From NCBI GenBank assembly GCA_046484135.1, contig JAWOBU010000082.1:1-22301 (forward strand): a DNA stretch of 22,301 nucleotides, read 5' to 3'. Shown here piece after piece: positions 19,501 to 22,301 of the stretch (the stretch's first letter is position 1; each line of letters starts with the position of its first letter). The position numbers and the translations under genes are program-made. Source of the stretch: a bacterium (GTDB lineage: Bacteria; RBG-13-61-14; DATKZS01). The notes below the pieces were generated by a model. It was given only the letters and a program-made list of their open reading frames with translations. It made no database searches and was not told the origin of the DNA.

Positions 19501-22032
19501 GACGCTGTCCACGATATGGTCCGGGCCTGGAAAGATGCCCTGGGTCCAGGGCTTGCCGTTACCCTGCGGGATCTCCTGGAAGTCGTCTCCCTCTGCCAGT
19601 GAATCCGCGACCCCGTCCGGTCCGGAGTTGATGGTCGAGGTCGAACCGGTGGTATCGTCTCCCAGCACCGAGGTATCCAGCGCACCGTCCAGGCCCGGAT
19701 AGATTATGGTGGAGTAAGCCTCGCCGTAGCCCACCGGGAAAAGCACGGCGTCGTCGTTCAGAGCGTTGGTGTCCAGGATACCGTCGTCGCCGGTGGAGAT
19801 GAAGTTGGAGGGCTGCAAGCTCCCGGACGGAAAATCACCGTCCTGGTAGGACTCGAACCCTTCCTGGTTGAGGATGTTGAGACCGGAGACCCCCACGTTG
19901 TCAAGATAAAGAGTCTGCAGAACTCCGCTTCCATTGGCATCGAAAGTAAACCGGATATATATCTGCTCCTGGTTGATTGCTCCCACGCCTTTCAGGTTGA
20001 ACCTGTCTCCCATCCAGATGCCGCTGCCGCCTGCCAGGTCGGAATAGGAATCCGCCGTCCTTAAACGCCTCCAGTTGGAGCCGTCCAGGGAGTACTCGAC
20101 AATGAACCTGGGAGAGTATTCCACGCAGTCCCCGACAAAGGCGTACTCAAATACAAACTGGATGTCTTTAAAATCCTCGGTTGACACCGCCCTCCATATG
20201 CTGGGAGAGGCCGTACCTGTCGCTGTAACCTGGAGAGCTTTGTCTCCGAAAAGACCGGCGCTTTGGGTGGTAACCTGAAACTCGCCGCCCGTGGCGTTGT
20301 AGCTCCAGCCCGTTATATCTCCGTCCTCGAACCGGTCCTGAAAAATCGCCATGGGCCGGTCCTCTCCGAACCGGGTCATGTCCTCCCCTTTCTCCGCATT
20401 CCTGAGACTCAACAGCTTGATCCGGTTGGCCAGGCCGTGAACCGGTTCTCCCCCGGCCGTAACGGTAAGGTATATAACGGCGGTTTCGCCTGCCATTATT
20501 GATGTGCTCTCCGCGTTGATGGTCATGCTATCCGGCACCATTTGGGACTGTTCGAGGACCTCGACGGTAAGGGAGAGAGGCTGCGGCTCGGGAACTCCTT
20601 TAGCAGGGTCCCCGGGAAGCGATACCTCGATGTGGTTCGACCCGCTTACCGGATATAGGACCACGGTGGAGTAGCCTTTGGGAGCCCCCGCTTTATCAGC
20701 ATAGGTGTCAGACTCGAGCTGAGATATCACGGTGGTTCCGCCCTGGCTGCCTTGAAAGTAGCCCTGGCCGCTGGTAAGCCGGAACACCGGGGATATGCCT
20801 GTCTTGGCAGCTCCTCTTTCATCCCGGACAGCCACGGTGATGGGTATGGGCTGGTCCCGGTCCACGTAAAGCGGGTTCTGCTCCGGGCTTATGAGCTCGA
20901 GCCGCGCCGGAGCGCCGGTCTGGGGATGAGCGGCGATGAAGTCATTGGATTTGAGGTCTTCCACTGACACGTCGTCAGATATGGGAGTGGAGTCCATGAC
21001 CTGGTTGCGGCCCGGCAGTACGCACAAGCCGTTGGGCCGTCCGTTCCCGAGCGGAATCTCCTGCTCGTCGTCGCCGGAAGCAGTAGACCCCGCCAGACCG
21101 TCAGGACCGGTGAGGATACGGTGTCCGGAGATCACGTCATCTCCGCCCGGGGTGGTGTCGAGAACCGCGTTAAAGCCGGGAGAGATGACCACCGCTCCCG
21201 GTTCACCCTGCCCTACCGGCGTCTCCTGGGCATCGTCTCCCAATGCCTCGGAATGACACACCCCGTCGCTGCCCGAGTGAATCAACCGGGAGGGCCGCAC
21301 CAGGGCGTCCATCCTGCCGGCGTCATACTTGTCGGAAACCGCGTTCCCGTTCAAGTCGCAGGAGCGGGCGTTCTTGTCCAAGAGATTTTCGTCTCCCGCC
21401 CCGATGTCGTTGTCCACGATCTTGTGAAGCAACTCGGCGTCGTTTTCGGAGGGAGCGTAATCGTCGTCCAGGTCCATGTACTTTTGAGTAGCAGTAGCTC
21501 CGGCGGGTAATGCTGCGGTGCTCACGCTTCCGGCTTCCCACTGGGATGGCGGTGGAAGTCCGCCGGTTATGTCTTCGCCATAGCAGTCCTTCATGACCAC
21601 GGTATTGCCGAACTCGATATAGGTAGTCCGGCCCGGCGCCGCTGTGTCCAAAACCTCGAAAGTAAGGTAAGCCAGGGGAGTATAGCCGCTGGTCGAGCAT
21701 CCCTGGATGTTATGCTCGTCCCGCAGGGTCATCTTCTCGTAAAAGGGAAGGTCCCGGGTTACGGGCATGGTAAACTCGCTACCGGGAACGCCCTCGGCCC
21801 GCTTTAACACCATCAGGCTTTCGTCGTAATAAATGGGAAACTCGTACTTGCCCAGGGTGTTGATGTCGAGGTCCGCGGACACCTCTACCGTGAACTCCTG
21901 CCCCGGTTTTATTGGATCGTTCACCGAAGAGATATAAAGATTCATCTGGGCCCGGGCCGTAAAGCCCGCCAGAAGAACAACAAGGGCCACTAAAAATCCC
22001 GCTAAGCTCGCAGATGCTCTCTTGGATGTCAT
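16600..22032 (-). CDS. 1810-aa secreted multidomain acidic protein (cohesin-like, two dockerin-like, Ig-like, jelly-roll, carboxypeptidase-regulatory-like domains, TSP3-type repeats)
   Basis: RBS GAGGAGG, Sec signal ending ARA-Q, uninterrupted ORF. Domain motifs were read by eye (see findings). Confidence 0.9.
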   Translation of the reverse strand: MTSKRASASLAGFLVALVVLLAGFTARAQMNLYISSVNDPIKPGQEFTVEVSADLDINTLGKYEFPIYYDESLMVLKRAEGVPGSEFTMPVTRDLPFYEKMTLRDEHNIQGCSTSGYTPLAYLTFEVLDTAAPGRTTYIEFGNTVVMKDCYGEDITGGLPPPSQWEAGSVSTAALPAGATATQKYMDLDDDYAPSENDAELLHKIVDNDIGAGDENLLDKNARSCDLNGNAVSDKYDAGRMDALVRPSRLIHSGSDGVCHSEALGDDAQETPVGQGEPGAVVISPGFNAVLDTTPGGDDVISGHRILTGPDGLAGSTASGDDEQEIPLGNGRPNGLCVLPGRNQVMDSTPISDDVSVEDLKSNDFIAAHPQTGAPARLELISPEQNPLYVDRDQPIPITVAVRDERGAAKTGISPVFRLTSGQGYFQGSQGGTTVISQLESDTYADKAGAPKGYSTVVLYPVSGSNHIEVSLPGDPAKGVPEPQPLSLTVEVLEQSQMVPDSMTINAESTSIMAGETAVIYLTVTAGGEPVHGLANRIKLLSLRNAEKGEDMTRFGEDRPMAIFQDRFEDGDITGWSYNATGGEFQVTTQSAGLFGDKALQVTATGTASPSIWRAVSTEDFKDIQFVFEYAFVGDCVEYSPRFIVEYSLDGSNWRRLRTADSYSDLAGGSGIWMGDRFNLKGVGAINQEQIYIRFTFDANGSGVLQTLYLDNVGVSGLNILNQEGFESYQDGDFPSGSLQPSNFISTGDDGILDTNALNDDAVLFPVGYGEAYSTIIYPGLDGALDTSVLGDDTTGSTSTINSGPDGVADSLAEGDDFQEIPQGNGKPWTQGIFPGPDHIVDSVPANDDFKVGESGPDPRIEVDSSIGSTTGPGVGNNGSDKFLFLGRSVAGNSVESYAVAMKLDLEDMDQVDLSFYSRTRSQADPASNGKRSQEFVVEVSDNGGESWSRVWDFKGVDESSWTKHEVLLYDDPRFNLVDDFLVRFRASMDSTENDGTDPDGVYLDDILVTGIEPSVDRFSSVIDTNDGQGTYKVPYSSYIPGSSVEISAAYWPYQINPATLELPVFADPTLVMEVKERKAEPDSIQVLPQNFTLKACQSMNVTVVGRYTDTPAGQLVDMTRFFKLLVNGPARQTAPGVITADCFEGNTTVPINISAKPLIPSLYDPGGGGGGEQTGDVSGSIYTPTYAKAPDAPVWLDLGGGEVLYSKTDSAGHHYFQAVPAGSGYSLSASKEGYTKKTANVSVSAGENTTVSFALQSGANFDGDSYPDSTDTDDDDDGLSDSSESLQGSDAYNPDTDGDGYTDDVDAFPGDSTEWLDTDGDGTGDNADTDDDGDGISDTEEESVGSDGYITDPKDKDTDGGGEEDGDEVAAGRDPTDSSDDVTSSDSDGDGLLDSYETNTGVYVSTTDTGSDPNSTDTDGDGLGDYAEVYTYGTDPNTNDTDSDGVLDNVETGSTACTSATVADTDGDGLTDGTEDANGDGVVDASETDPCDSDTDEDGMNDGYEVNNGLDPLTDDASGDKDGDGLSNMAECTRSTYANDWDSDDDGIPDGFEALHSGDSVSLDPLDSSDGGTTDFDSDLNPNVHEYWNGTDLWSADPQGHHGSGQVGCAYWGEGDGDVVVASGDVTVLKSKIAETPTDYSNVIPDNADTQDLDRDGVLASGDLTILKSMVSEIELNNINSRAKELVVLSQPSGPVQVGDTCHVTLGVLSEYPDSDKYTAGFAVVFLVGSSSTGTATLWGGDGEYSGERYDFSGPVAENAPARITLRIDSAGTIYMESFIPECQSGTTAYEGRYCPEIVLSPSVEITAE
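17233..18252 (-). repeat. Bacterial thrombospondin type-3-like Ca-binding repeat tract (DxDxDG) within the large CDS
   Basis: More than ten units such as DTDGDGYTD, DSDGDGLLD, DTDGDGLGD, DTDEDGMND and DKDGDGLSN, with GTDP/LDP linkers. Confidence 0.9.
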
Positions 22033-22077
22033 GGGGGTCCCTCCTCGATCATAACGATAAAATATCCGGCTTAATTA

Positions 22078-22301
22078 CTACTGGACATGAACGATCAGGG
22101 ACAGCATGACCTTTCGCTGGATCACGTCTCCCCGGACCTCTTCCACCGCGCCCGTATTCTTATTATAGTTGGTGTAAAGCGTTACGTCATTTCCCCACTT
22201 GTACCAGTAAGCCAGGTCAAAGACCAGGTTCTCGTAAACCATGCCGGTGCCGGCTGCCACCCCGTAGTAGTCGTCCGGGTCGTGGCGTGCGGGCTGGGGG
22301 T
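22078..22301 (-). CDS. C-terminal fragment of a probable outer-membrane beta-barrel (FadL/OmpP1-like); the 5' part lies outside the window
   Basis: The frame stays open to the window edge: PQPARHDPDDYYGVAAGTGMVYENLVFDLAYWYKW...KVMLSLIVHVQ. It shows alternating beta-strand patterning and an FDLAY strand. Confidence 0.6.
   Translation of the reverse strand, partial: PQPARHDPDDYYGVAAGTGMVYENLVFDLAYWYKWGNDVTLYTNYNKNTGAVEEVRGDVIQRKVMLSLIVHVQ

Overview
This is a GC-rich bacterial window, probably from a diderm organism: it contains an outer-membrane barrel fragment and a sigma54 activator, and the gene style is loosely deltaproteobacteria-like. Left end: a small membrane-protein gene coupled to a 66-aa ORF that resembles the C-terminal end of a sugar-ABC permease, then a pair of divergent sigma70-type promoters. 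Positions 1228-11911 (+) hold an expanded 10-gene MoxR/DUF58/BatA-E operon. It has two additional BatD-like membrane proteins, a TPR protein fused to a SurA/PrsA-like chaperone body with no parvulin domain, and REP-like elements in its two large gaps. The middle carries a PIG-L deacetylase, a NosR/RdhC-like FMN-binding membrane protein, an ArgA-like GNAT, a hypothetical protein and a sigma54 activator whose receiver domain lacks the phosphoacceptor Asp. The right end is the most unusual part: a 1810-aa secreted acidic protein with a cohesin-like domain, two dockerin-like modules, an unfamiliar GDD repeat, apparently nested Ig/jelly-roll domains and a long TSP3-type Ca-binding tract. It lies downstream of a partial FadL-like gene. 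All family calls come from reading motifs by eye; no searches were run.
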